A DNA stretch of 63,668 bases, the filler included, from Folioceros fuciformis (lineage: Eukaryota), in assembly GCA_049999805.1 (NCBI GenBank). It is 4 parts of 2 records of this genome, joined end to end, with 100 filler letters (N's around TTAATTAATTAA, not from the genome) between each part and the next. Parts side by side here need not be neighbours in the genome. Positions count along the whole stretch, not along the records: positions 34,912 to 60,557 come from JBNGIO010006314.1; 3 more parts are not named here. One strand, given 5' to 3'. The first letter of the stretch is position 1; each line of letters starts with the position of its first letter. Of the stretch, positions 39,301 to 50,720 are shown one piece after another. Under the pieces are notes generated by a model. That model was not told the DNA's origin, did not search any database, and saw only the letters and a list, made by a program, of their open reading frames with translations. Made by a program: the position numbers and the translations under genes.

Positions 39301-40990
39301 CCCCACTGCTACTTTGAGGCAGTCTTGGAGAAACTGGCGGAGGAGGAGGCACAGCGGTGGGTTGAACGGGAGCTTGTCCTCATCCTCAGTAATCGGCAAC
39401 GGCGGGAGGAGAGGAATTTCCTGCAACGGGACCCACTTGTGCCGCCAGCGAGGGCCAGCAGTAGCAGCAGTGAGGTGGAGGTCCTGTGGGAGGACCTGCC
39501 TGACCAGCGGCGGGGCAGGAGGGCCAGAGGCAGACCAGTAGGGGGAGGAGCACGACGGCTAGGAGAAAGGTGCCAGCGGCAAAGAGGGAGGCGATAGTAA
39601 TTACAATCTAGTCTAGTTTTTTCTAGATTGTTTTTGCTTGGACCTAAGCTGCTCAGAATTTAAGAGCGCTGACTGACTCCTGACAAACTTTATGGCGGAA
39701 AGACCGCCACTACTGTGTACAAGAGGCCAGTTTGAGGCCTCGGAAAAATCAGCAAGAAACCAGCCAGACATTCCGACCTTGTAGAAGCCTAGCGATGGCC
39801 GTTGCTAGACAGGAGGTCTAGGCAAGCGAGCGCACATAGTGTTCTGAAGGTGTGGGTGCAGGTGGTGGATGCTCCGTAATCGGAAACCGGGAACGAATCG
39901 GGAGGAGAGACCTTGCCGAGTGGGAGACGAACTCCCCAGCTATTCCTATGACGGTTGCGTGGAGTGGTAAAGGTGCTGGAGGTCGAATCCGCGAGTCCAG
40001 AGTGGAAGTGGATACCCCTTCCCTTAGTCTTCGGTGACCCACCATTCCTTCAAGCTTCGAAGGGAAGAGAAGGCCCAGAAGGGGCACGTTGTGAGTTGAG
40101 AGTGGAGCTGAGGAACCGTAAAATCAGAGCGGTGAGGTGAGCGCCGTAGCCGTATAGTCGCGACGGACGAGCGATTAAATAGAGCGAGAGTGTGACGAGA
40201 ACTAGATGTGTCTATGTGCTGTGACGGGATGCTGTGAGGTGAAGAGAAGTTATGGGTGTGTATGTGACTGAATCACAGGCACGCGCGAGTGGACGTGAGG
40301 GGTCTGGTCTAGGGTTGTGAGCAGAATGCGGCAGTGGAGGTGGGCGTGCTGACCAGGTGTGAGTCGGGTAGGTATGTGTAAGTTCGTGTGTGTGTGTGTG
40401 TGTGTGTGAACTGAGCGCCTTCGATCCCTGAGGTGCAGTGAGTAGACGTGAGTGGATGGAGGGGTGTGTGCCGTAAGGCAGGGGTAATCACCAGTAAGAG
40501 AGAGAGATCCGCGACGGATCTCGACCATCAGAAGGCATAAGCCGGAAAAGTAAGCCGTGGGGTAAGTAGGGAGAGAGAGGGAGTACGGAGAGAGAGAGAG
40601 AGAGAGTGAAAGTTTGAGTTAGAGGGCGAGAGAGAGAGTGTGTGGACCCCACTAAGGTAGCCGATTGGGCAACCGTTTCCAAGGGGGAACCGGAAGTAGC
40701 CGGGAGCAGTAGTAGCCGAAGGGGCGACAGAGTAGCCGGGCCGGTTGCAAGGTAGCCGGGAATAATGTAGTTGAGGTGGCGATGGTGGTAGTGGAGTCGC
40801 AGTCAACGTAGTCGGATAGGTGGTAGAAGTAGTCGTGCGAGACTGACCTGGGGTAGTAACTAACTTTGTGAGACAACCTGCGTTATTTAACACAAATCAT
40901 TTCCTTGGGATTGAAAATCCCACTGCTATAACGACAAAGAGGGTTTGTGTGGACCTCACAGCACCCCCGGGTGCAATATTTTCCCCCACA
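36382..40990 (+). mobile_element. 4609-bp TG..CA insertion with 5-bp TSD CCTTT; giant solo-LTR-like element with an Athila/Tat-like U5 end
   Basis: ccttt|TGTAGAGGAAAA ... TTTTCCCCCACA|ccttt. Removing it plus one TSD restores the Copia frame (..KDKPVEKVPIKILTICLSSSTHDDESWY..). Confidence 0.88.
36990..39597 (+). pseudogene. Decayed retrotransposon accessory-type ORF(s): globular domain plus long coiled coil, inside the 4.6-kb insertion
   Basis: Consecutive ORFs 37102-37626, 37602-37985, 38024-38521, 38540-38866 and 39325-39597, mostly separated by single TAG stops or frameshifts. Motifs GRPQAWNLEL, KVDWGKIL, ISPFLIHIY and E/Q/A/R-rich heptads. Confidence 0.65.
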
Positions 40991-42414
40991 CCTTTTCAAC
41001 AGGTTTGTCCTTCACTGCAACACTTGCAACAGGCTTTGCCTGTTTCTGGGGCTCACAAGCTTTATGCTTGCGGCACTCACGTGCCCAGTGGCCAGGGATG
41101 CCACACCAGTTGCATGTGCCTAGTCATTTTGAACTTGAGGATTCAGTCCTGTCCTTGGGCTGTCCTGGGGAATTTCCCCCTCTAAATTTGCCCTTTCCTT
41201 TAGGGCAAAAATTCACAGCTAATGCCCGTTCCCCTTTGTATTGCTTGTGCTTGCCAGCCGATGTCAATCGGGTTTGCTCTTCTTGGTAAAGGGCTCCTAT
41301 TACATCTTCCATTGTAATAGCAACAGCCTGAGTTCCTCCTGCTGCATCTGCTGCAACAGGGCCATTCTAAAAGCTAGTGACAAAAGATTGATAAGAGGGT
41401 GGCAAACTGGTGAGTAACTAGGAGACAGCTTCAGACTCCGTCATATGTGTGTTCGTGATAGACTGGATCTAAGCTCGGAGATGACGAAATTTGCTGGTAT
41501 GTACAGCTATTTTGTCACCTTCCTTCATGCGTAGAGTATAGAACTCCATATGGACTGCTGACAATGTAGCCATCGTGGTTATGTGGTAGGTTTTCTCCAG
41601 CTGATTCCATATGTCCTCCGCCAATGTGAGGAATTCCACATTGGGGATAAGGGCAGCATCCAGCCCATTGACGATGACGGCCATTGCGACACCATTATTG
41701 TGCTCCCATGTGGCATACTCGTCAGGTTTGGCTTGTGGGTCAGGTTTCTTAAAGGAACCATCAGCACTGGACCATACACCACGCGCTATGAGGATGGTTC
41801 TCATCCGCACTCGTCAGATAGAATAACTAGTACCTCTAAACCTATCCTTGTCTTTGACATCAGAAATGTAAGAAACATGGGTTGCCATGTTTGTATTGAG
41901 TGCAAGCTGCAAACTGAGGTTATTGAAGCTATTTATCAACGCATTTAACTGTGAGGTTGTGGTCATAAGGTACCTATGGGCATCAAAAACTATGGTTTCT
42001 GGTGAACAAATAAGTACACTTATACCTAAACTGAGAGTGATTAGAGTTGTCTAAAATCTTGATGAAACTGACCACTGTATGCAGGAGGAGAGTGCTATAG
42101 AGATCAGCAAGGGAAAGGACAACAACAAACAAGGTGCTGGACCCTGCTCATGCTGAGCTCCTAAGCATGCCACTCATATCTACCGTGAACGGGCACAAAA
42201 ACCCTAAAAATTAAAAACGTTTCATGTTCAAAAGACTTGTTCAAAGACAAACCCTAACTGTCATATCATGTCCATGTGAAACGACAGATTAGATACACCA
42301 ATCACAAAGCTACATGAAAGTTTCAGGAAGAGATGTAAGGAAGAAAGCACCGCTTCGAATCTGGGCAGGTTTGGCTCCTGCCGCTCTCGCTCCGCTCCTA
42401 TGCAGTAGAAGAAT

Positions 42415-43094
42415 TCATAGCACTATGGAATCTGATCCAGAATGGGAGCATCTAGCCTCTAAATCTTGTAGCTTTGCATCCATTAATCTGAGAAATCTAG
42501 CAACTTCGTTGATGTCTCTCTGGATGTCCTGCTTGCATTTGGTGATGGATTGCTCGGTGTCAGAATCCAAGCTGTCCACTTTGTCTTTGAGGACTTTTTG
42601 ATTAGAAATGGCGAGGGAGAGTGCTTTCTCCACCCTAAATAGAAGCAATTGTGTCTCGTCAGCAACACTCGCTTGTGATCTGATGGCGTTTCTGATGTAT
42701 CTGTGCTCCGGTTGTGATGCAGGGTGCCAAGCAGGTGGTAATCTCTTGGCTCTAGGGTTGCGCTCACAATCATGGTATGGTCTGAACAAGTAATCAGATG
42801 ATCCAAATGCCTCTGGTCGAAGAGCGTGGAACAGATTAGGGTTTTGCCCCCTCCTCTCACAATGCTCTCTATAGGGACGATTTGTTGTGCGATTTGTTGA
42901 ACACGCAGTGAATTGCCAGCACAGGAAAGTGCCAGCAATGTTTGTGGCCAAATGGCAAGGTAGTTGTATTCATAGAGGTCCAACACCGTATTAACTGGTA
43001 GAGGTGCTGTGTGTCTTGATGGACGTCCTCCACGACGAGATTGTCTCGGAGGTCCACCACGACAAGAACCTCTAGAGCCACCATGCCTCGGCAT
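42415..43094 (-). pseudogene. Extra ORF between the Copia PBS and gag (basic R/G-rich N-terminus, coiled-coil C-terminus; one frameshift)
   Basis: ATG at 43094 just after the PBS: MPRHGGSRGSCRGGPPRQSRRGGRPSR. The overlapping frame ends in heptads VEKALSLAISNQKVLKDKVDSL..MDAKLQDLEAR. Confidence 0.55.
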
Positions 43095-43126
43095 TTTGCT
43101 CAAGCTTCATCAATAAAACAAAACAT

Positions 43127-43139
43127 GGCTCTAACACCA
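43127..43139 (-). promoter_or_regulatory. Degenerate tRNA-iMet primer binding site
   Basis: Minus strand ..CA|TGGTGTTAGAGCC versus canonical TGGTATCAGAGC(C); two transitions. Confidence 0.7.
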
Positions 43140-43280
43140 TGCGTAAAACGAGCATAGGCGAGAGCATACAGAACTTTGATAATTGGAATGAATGATAATC
43201 TCAATGACAAAAACGTTTAAATACTATCCATGTGTCTATTGACCGGACAACCCTAAGTCCACGTAACCTGAATATAATCA
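43140..43280 (-). mobile_element. Candidate short (141-bp) Copia 5' LTR
   Basis: TG..CA termini abutting the PBS; internal TATTTAAA. The partner LTR is not in the window. Confidence 0.55.
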
Positions 43281-44268
43281 ACTGTGCGTTAGGTTTAACT
43301 TCTAAGCTAATAGAAGCGAATGAGCGAGTGTGTGAACCGAGACGAGAAGAAGTGAGATCGTAGTGTCTGTAGAGCGGGAGACGAATCCACCGACTGCGGA
43401 GTGGAAGGAGTATCTCACCTTCCCTTATTTTCCGAGCTGCTAACCGCGAATGGGTGTGCTGTGAAGACTGAGTGTCTGAGAGAGTGTTAAGGCTATGACG
43501 AAGTCGCTAAAGGATTCCCGGAGGAATTGTGAGTGCTGGAAATATTGTCCAAAGTGTATGGTATGAGAGACTACTGAGAATTACTTAAGAAATCGTGGAT
43601 ATTGCTGAAAGTGGAAGTGAGTTGTGAGGGGCGACTGTACGCCGGAGTTGGCGTGAAGCGCTATGTGGGTGTGAAGGGTAATGAGGGGACGCCGCGGAGT
43701 CGGACAGTCCAAGTGTGCATCTGGGGTCCTGAGGAGAGATTAATAACCCCGACCCGTGGTTCCGGGAAATCTGGGTCGGAACCCGTGCGCAGAAGCCCGT
43801 AGTGGTACCCTTGACATCAAGAGCCAGTTAGGATTGTGGGTGGGATCCACCACAGTAGTGGAATCCACTATCGGTTGTGGAGACCCCAACCGGTCGTAGA
43901 GGGGCCAGTGGTCGTAGAGACCCCTACCTCAGTTGTGCGGTAGTGACTAGAGCTGTAGAGCAAGCCTGGTGTAGCTAGACTAGCTAAGGGGTAGTGGTAG
44001 TTGAACTTGTAAGTAGTAGGGCTGGTGGTAGGTAAAGCCTGACCTAGGTAAGAGTCAATATTAGAAGAAACCTGTGTTACTTGGAACAAATCATTCCCTT
44101 GGGATCGAATCCCACAGCTACAACGACATAGAGGATTTGTGTGGACCTCGCAGTGTCCTCGGACACAATATTTTCCTTCACACCTTGGGATCGAATATCA
44201 TGGCTACAGCGACATAGAAGGTTCGTGTGGACCTCACGGTGCTCCCGGGCACAACATTTTACTCCACA
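43281..44268 (+). mobile_element. 3' ~1 kb of a second LTR related to the 4.6-kb insertion, with its terminal ~85 bp duplicated
   Basis: Shares ctgacct..aacctg.gtta..acaaatcatt.ccttgggat.gaa..ccac.gcta.aacgaca.aga..tttgtgtggacctc..aatatttt..caca with 40840-40990; ends in CA inside the Gypsy RNase H. Confidence 0.75.
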
Positions 44269-45350
44269 ACAACACAAAGGACCTATCCAAGGGATAGGGT
44301 CTCCAAGCCTATAGACAATGGATGACAACAGTCATCTCCTTCTCATACGTGGGATACTTCCTCTCATAAGGATGCGACTTCCTTGACTCAAAAGCTAATG
44401 GCTTTTGGTCTTGCATCAAAACTCCACCTATAGCCACATTTGAGGCATCACAATACACTTGCACATCTCTCTTGGGGTCATACATTCCCAACACCGGATT
44501 AGTACTCATTTTCTTCTTCAAGTATTCAAAGGTTGCTTAGCACTTAGCCATCTCCAAGCTTTTGCTATCTTCAAGAAGTTAGTTATGGAAAAGCCTCCTG
44601 TACACAAAAGCCAAACCCATAAAGCTTCACACCTCATGAATGTTTCAAGGGGGCTGCCAATCTTAAATGGCCTTAACTTTATCAAGATCCATTATGATGC
44701 CCTCGACAGAGACAATGAAATCTAAGAATGGAATTTCTATCTTGATAAAATCACACTTTTTGATTGCCAAGAACAAGGAATTCTCTCTTAGTCTCTATAC
44801 CACTTTCCTTAAGTGTTCAAAATGCTCCTCCAAGGTATGACTATAGATCAAAATGTCATCTAGATAGATTACAATACTCTTGTCCACCAGATGTATGAAT
44901 ATAGTATTCATAAGAGTCTAAAATGTAGCAGGTGCATTAGTAAGTTCAAATGGCATGACAAGAAACTCAAAATATCAATACCTTGCTCTACATGTTGTTT
45001 TGTACTCATGCCCCTTAGCAATCTTGATATGATAGTACCCTACCATCAAGTTCCAGCTTGGTGAAATACTTGGCACTGTTCAGCCTATCAAACATATCAT
45101 CCATTCTTGGCAAAGATATGCATTCTTGATTGTAATATGGTTCAAAGCTCTGTAATCTAGACATAGTCTAAGTCCTTCATTCTCTTTGCGCATGAATAGT
45201 ACAAGCGCACCAAAAGGAGACTTAGAAACTTTGACATATCCCGTTGCCAACAGGTTGTCGCTTGAGTTCTTGCAACTTATCATGTGACAATCTAATGAGG
45301 CTCTTAAAGGAGGCATACTCCCGGGCTTCAACTCAATTTCACGATCCAAG
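44269..45350 (-). mobile_element. Ty3/Gypsy reverse transcriptase-RNase H remnant
   Basis: [72 protein letters not shown]; many stops. Confidence 0.92.
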
Positions 45351-45427
45351 CTTCAACTCAAGTTCACGATCCAAGCTTCAACTCAATTTCACGAACCAAT
45401 GGTGGCCAATCATATGGCATCAAGTCC

Positions 45428-45601
45428 TTGAACTCATCTAGTATAACTTCAAAGCAGTAGGTGCTTGGACTACGCCTTGAGAGCATGTATTGNNNNNNNN
45501 NNAGTAGGTGCTTGGACTACGCCTTGAGAGCATGTATTGAACTCATCTAGTATAACTTCAAAGCACTAGGTGCTTGGACTACGCCTTGAGAGCATGTATT
45601 G
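45428..45601. repeat. 62-bp tandem repeat spanning a small gap
   Basis: ttgaactcatctagtataacttcaaagcagtaggtgcttggactacgccttgagagcatgta repeated; copy number uncertain. Confidence 0.75.
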
Positions 45602-46163
45602 CTTGTCGCATGAGAGATGTGTTGTGAAGGAGATCAAGAGAAGGGAGAACTAAGCTCGTAACTTAGGCAAAGATGCAAAAGTTCTATCGCTACATGTTCT
45701 CTCTAACTTTCGTGAGGGGTAGAGTGCAACGCAAGGATCGTACACAAAGTTTATACGTGTGGGATTAAGCATCCTGCGTTCACATTCGGAATCAAAGATT
45801 CCCCAAGTAGCTATGTCTATTATGCTACTAGTTGTTAGTCGGGAAATCGGTTCTTAGTACGTACAAATAACTTGGTTTTTCTTCTTCGTGCGCGTCCTTG
45901 CGCAAAACGACTCCTCCGCCGTAGGTTCGCTTCGCAGGTCACGATCTCCTTCAAATCAAGGCAGTTGGGTTAAGTAGTGAGCGTACTGCTTGGCTGTGGC
46001 GTCAGCAATTGCTCTTGAACCATAGGATGAGGCCATCCTATCACCACAGGAATGGACCCCTCATCCCACCACACGCGCCTGATGTCTACCGATTCCAAAT
46101 CGTCTCACCTCCTACCTCCACGGTGATTAATAGGGTACCCACAACGTAATCCGTCCAGAGGCC

Positions 46164-47320
46164 CTACGCTACGCCCTGCTTCTTGTTCCAGTGCTGGAGA
46201 AGGTCCTTGCTAGCCTCGTACGTCGACCAGCAGATGGCTGCGGCAGGGGTGTGGAACATCACACGTGGTCTCAAGCCCTTCCACAGCGCCCATGTACCTT
46301 CGTGTGCAACAATCTTTCGAACAATGTCCAAAATTGATGTGCTGTGGAAACGCTCCGCACCACAAACTCCCTGCATTCGCACACCTGGTTTGTTACGACC
46401 AATGTCGTCAAGGGTCCACACATACCATTTCCGCAACTATCGCATAGTCGACACCCAGCTTCTGCGTCTATAACGGAGAGCGATCCAGTGCTGACACTCC
46501 AAATGACAGGTTAAAGCACGCAGTACAGTACCTGAGTTTGCAACCGAGTCTTCACAACATCCAAGGGCGTGGTCACAGCACTCGCAACGGCTCCAGCCAC
46601 CCCACCAGCCGTCATATGTGTGAATAAAGTTTCTTCATCTGACCGAGAGACAACCTTCTTTGCTGCCTCATACGAGGCAAAATGCACAGCCGTGAACGGG
46701 ATGTTCATCATCACTGTCGTCCTGTAAGATGCATAGAAAGCCCCAATACCCTCCTGCTTCAACATCTGTCTCACACAGTCTACAAGACCCCTGTAAGGAC
46801 TTTGCTTCAGCTGCAACCTTTGCTTTACAACATCCATGGGCGTCAGAACTGCATCACTGGCCGTGGTTGCAACCGCCCCTGCGAATGCATGGGCCAAGGG
46901 ATGATGGCCCTCCCTGTTACCTCCAAACTTCTCCTTGCACACCTCATACACTGAAAAGTAGACAGCATGTGCTGGTCCAGCTCCTAGTCCCATTGCCCCA
47001 ATTCCTCTGTACAACCCTGAAGCACCCTCACTCTTCAGTATGGAAGAAAAAGCTCTCGACACTTGAGTTTTAGCACCAGGAGCGGACAAAACTTGCATGC
47101 GTGTCTTAACTGTGTCTACAGGGAACATGGCCATGTGTTCCACCATTCCAGCCACAGATCCAGCGAGCATGTGCTGTTTAAACGTTACGTCATACGAAAC
47201 TGGCTCTCTACGTATCTCACGGGACTGCTCGTCGTTATCCTTCACTGCAAAACCTTCGTCTCCCGTATAACATTTCTGCCAACCGTTTGCCCCATTGTCC
47301 TTCAGCGCATCACTTTTCAT
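46164..47320 (-). CDS. Mitoferrin-like mitochondrial iron carrier (SLC25), two exons
   Basis: HMLAGSVAGMVEHMAMFPVDTVKTRMQ, GAGPAHAVYF, three PxDxxKxR repeats, HTPAAAICWSTYE. Intron 46531-46371 (GT..AG). Confidence 0.93.
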
Positions 47321-48751
47321 TTCATGTTTATACCATTTCTGCCAACAAAGCTCAAGTGAGTGAGCTTATACACAAGACGAGAACCGCCACAACTCACGAA
47401 GACACCTAAACAGCAAGCCACACACCAGAAGCCCAAACTCGGAGAACCTCTGGGATACCTGGCCTACCCAGTAACCACCAAGGAAGAGATGCATCTCCTT
47501 CATCGATGCTTCCTGCGGGTCTGTTCCCACCTGCTGCAAACGCCTTTCCATGTCAAACCAATGAATGAATCACCTTTCATTCCCTAGCATGAACAACTTT
47601 AACCTACTACGATTTCGGACTTGGTAGCCAGAAGCAATCACCTTAGTGTCATCATCAGCATCCTTGACATCTTCAACAGGGGAGCCCTTCTTTGCTATCA
47701 AATTTGTGCTTTCTTTCGCTGCTCTACCCTCCTGGCCAGTTGCCTTGTCCGTTGTGTCGATGAGAGACTTTCCCGAACCATTCGCACCCAGGGAACCCAT
47801 CTATTCGTAAGAACAACGTTAACAACATTCGCTGCTGGTCATACTAAGATGGGGCTCACCTCGTCGCTATTCTCTGGGCCTGAGCAATCTTCCACTCCTA
47901 CAAAGCTTGCTGGATGTGCGATAATCGGTCGCTAGCAATCAGCCTTCAAATAGGGGAATCAACCATTGTGACCCCATACTCGTCTCTCCATTCTCCTACG
48001 AGGCCCCGAGCCAGGAGTCCGCCCGTCCCTCACCTATCTGGCCCTCCAACAGAGATGAGTGAAGGCGCCCTGAACAATTCGCCGCTAGCGATGAACAAGG
48101 CAACGCTTCAACCCCTGTTGAAGGGTGTTGAGGGTACCACTTCCTTCATGCGCAAATAGCATACGCAATTCCTCTGTAACGCCACCACCTCTGCAACGCC
48201 ACCACAGACATCAAGCGCAAGGCTGAACAGACGTCGTGTAGGACTCATGCTGGTGCTACAAGAACCCAGATCATCTGGCTAGAGGGCAGGCTCTGACTGG
48301 GCTGGACTACTGCAATGCAGCAAACAAGTAAAACCCTCGCCGATGCATTCTACACACAGATGTCAGGAGGACAAGGACAGCAATCCACGCATGCAAGCTT
48401 TGCACGCAGAATTGGAGTGGTATCCAACTAGGACAAGCATTACACCGGAGCAGCTGGAGAGGCAGCGCGGCATCAAGCACCCAAGGAGACCAAGCGCAGA
48501 GGCCAGAGACAGGCGTAGGCAGTGAGTCTGAAGCCATATTGGGGAACGAGTAGATTACAGTGTATACCTGGGGCGCCGTGCTGCGCCCACATGCATCCAG
48601 CCACTGCTACCGAGGCGTTCCACGGCCGCATTCTTATGCCTCTGCCACGCCCAAGTATCACGACAGCTTAACCGGTAACATCCCCGGAACTCCGGTGATC
48701 AGCCGGTGTCCGGGTATTTCAAGGAGCGTCCTTTCCTACTGGAAGCCGTTC

Positions 48752-50720
48752 TCACTGACCAGGGTTGGCTGGCTGGATTGCTGGAAATAACTCACAAGCT
48801 ACCCGATGTACTTCAGGTTTGGAGGTGGTGACCAATTCCAAGTCCGCCGCATACACAGACAATGTGGATTGCTTGCTGCAGAAAGGATGCGCAAAAACTG
48901 AACGAGCAATAGAAATGGCGCCACCAGCAGTTGCATCCAAACTGCCGGAGGGAAGTGGTATCTTGATTCTTGAGAAGAGAAAGGATAACAAACGCCGTGT
49001 GTACAAGGAAGGGAATTCCGGTTAGGCAAGCGGATGACGTGCAGCCGTCCTTCGAAATGCATACAGCACAGGGTTCTTGTTCTTCACTCGGGACTTACCA
49101 TCACCAACGCGCACCGAAGTATGGGGCCCAAAGCTACGAGCCAAGGAAACTTATGGCGCAAGGACATCCCTGTCTAGGAGATCCACTGCCAGCGTATTAA
49201 AGCAGTTAAGGTCCTCTACTGAAATGGGTGCAAAGCTGATGCCAAAGTTCTGTATAGTTCGAGCTTTGCTGCTGGGGCTTGATCTTCGATGGAGTACCTT
49301 GAGGGCCCTGTCTCTGATGAGCAGAAATGGACGCAGGATCTGCAATAGCCCAGCAAGGCAGAGGGTGCCAAAGGATGTAGTGAATGCGAACCTGAAGAAA
49401 CTAACATGACTTACTTCAGCGAGCAACCAAAGTCGTGGAGGTGGGCATACGAAGCAGCTGTGCCTAAGGATGCACTGACCCAAGAAACAAGAAACCAGCA
49501 CTGCGTTCCAAGCATCCCCTACAGACAAGTTGAAAAGAGTAAAAAGAGAACACAGCTTCATTGCCAGTGTCACAAGCCTTCCATCAAGGCTCGGATAGTA
49601 TGTTTAAGAGATTTGCAGGCCTTCATCTTTGGCCAAGTACCACTGCCTAATGGCTCCACTCAAGGCAAATTTCTCAACCGCATGTAACACATAGACAGCT
49701 TATAGGATACAGACGCTGCTCAACAGGCAGAGACTGCAGAAGATATAACCGGCTTGTACTTCACCAAGCTGGACGCAACAATTTTTCTGGGATGGCAAGG
49801 ACCCGCATACATCTCCAGAAAGTAGTTTTGGATTAAGCACAGCGCTGTATGGTGACAATTGGATGAGGAGGACGACAACAAGTAAAAGCACAAGATATAG
49901 AAGAGTTAAAACAACCGGAATAATGAGGAAGATCCCAGGATTTCCTGAACAGACATAAGCAGCTAAGGCGCTAAGCTTAACGCAGTACTCGTGCAGTATC
50001 CAGGACTCACTTGAAATGAGTAAGGTAGACTCCTTTCTGACACTTGCCAGGAGTAGAGAACAAAGAACCCCTACAATTCCAATACTGACAAAACGTAGTC
50101 TGCAGCTAGAAAGCACGCATGTGAGACTACTACCGGAGGACTGTAGGAGCATGGGTGAAGCCCCGCACTCTGCACTTAGCGATAGTAAGACCAGGCCACA
50201 CAATACTAGAAGAGGAGCTGCACAGAGCAAAGAGTGACGCTTCCTAGAGTCTATGTGTGCGTCACCCATACAAAAGACATGCCAACTGGAATCCCGCCAA
50301 TCACGACAAGCACGAGAAACCCGAGGAGGATGAGGAGCAAAGGTAACCTCCATGGACTCCGGCCTAAAGTACCAGCGACGACGTTCGAGTTCCTTGCTTC
50401 AATCGTGTGAACGGAGACACGTAACCGATTTGCAAGAGCGCGACAGCTAATAGGACAGATATCATCAGGACTCGACATCAAGGTGTTCCAGACGATTGAG
50501 TAGCCTTCTCCAGAGCTCCAAAGCGGTGTGTGGTGCAGGCCAAAGCCCGCTGTTGCAGAAATCAGAAGATGAAACCCCCATGCAAATCCTTATCTCGAAA
50601 CGACCTCTGCCTCACGTCCAGAAGAGTGTCACGAAAATCGCGAGACAGTACCGGTGCCGAGGCTGATTGCAGAAATTCTGGCCCGTGCCTGGTCTTTCCT
50701 TCAATATCAGAATGCTCCAT
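48752..50720 (-). pseudogene. Degenerate choline-transporter-like (CTL/SLC44) paralog
   Basis: Fragments RSFRDKD, LNPKLLSGDVC..NCCVQL, FAFTTSFGTLCLAGLL, FGISFAPIS..VDLLDR and YAADLELVTTSKPEVHRV are collinear with the gene at 52407; many frameshifts and stops. Confidence 0.72.

Larger units (their letters stand above)
35018..43280 (-). mobile_element. Ty1/Copia LTR retrotransposon, 5' part (LTR, PBS, extra ORF, gag, protease, integrase), degenerate and interrupted
   Basis: Gag ATG at 41888 with DUF4219/UBN2-like segments, knuckle CNWCGIPGHWAREC, protease WYLNFGAT, WHARLGH, integrase LVHVDI/DDYSRYTW/LRSDNG/TPQQNGVSERKN, and KLDPRA..FVGYS. Protease-then-integrase order is Copia. Confidence 0.9.

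Noticed and set aside
40385-40640. (GT)n and (GA)n microsatellites
   Set aside because: Ordinary low-complexity tracts inside the LTR-like element.
47570-48700. Coding-like sequence upstream of mitoferrin
   Set aside because: Stops in the frames examined and no recognisable family.
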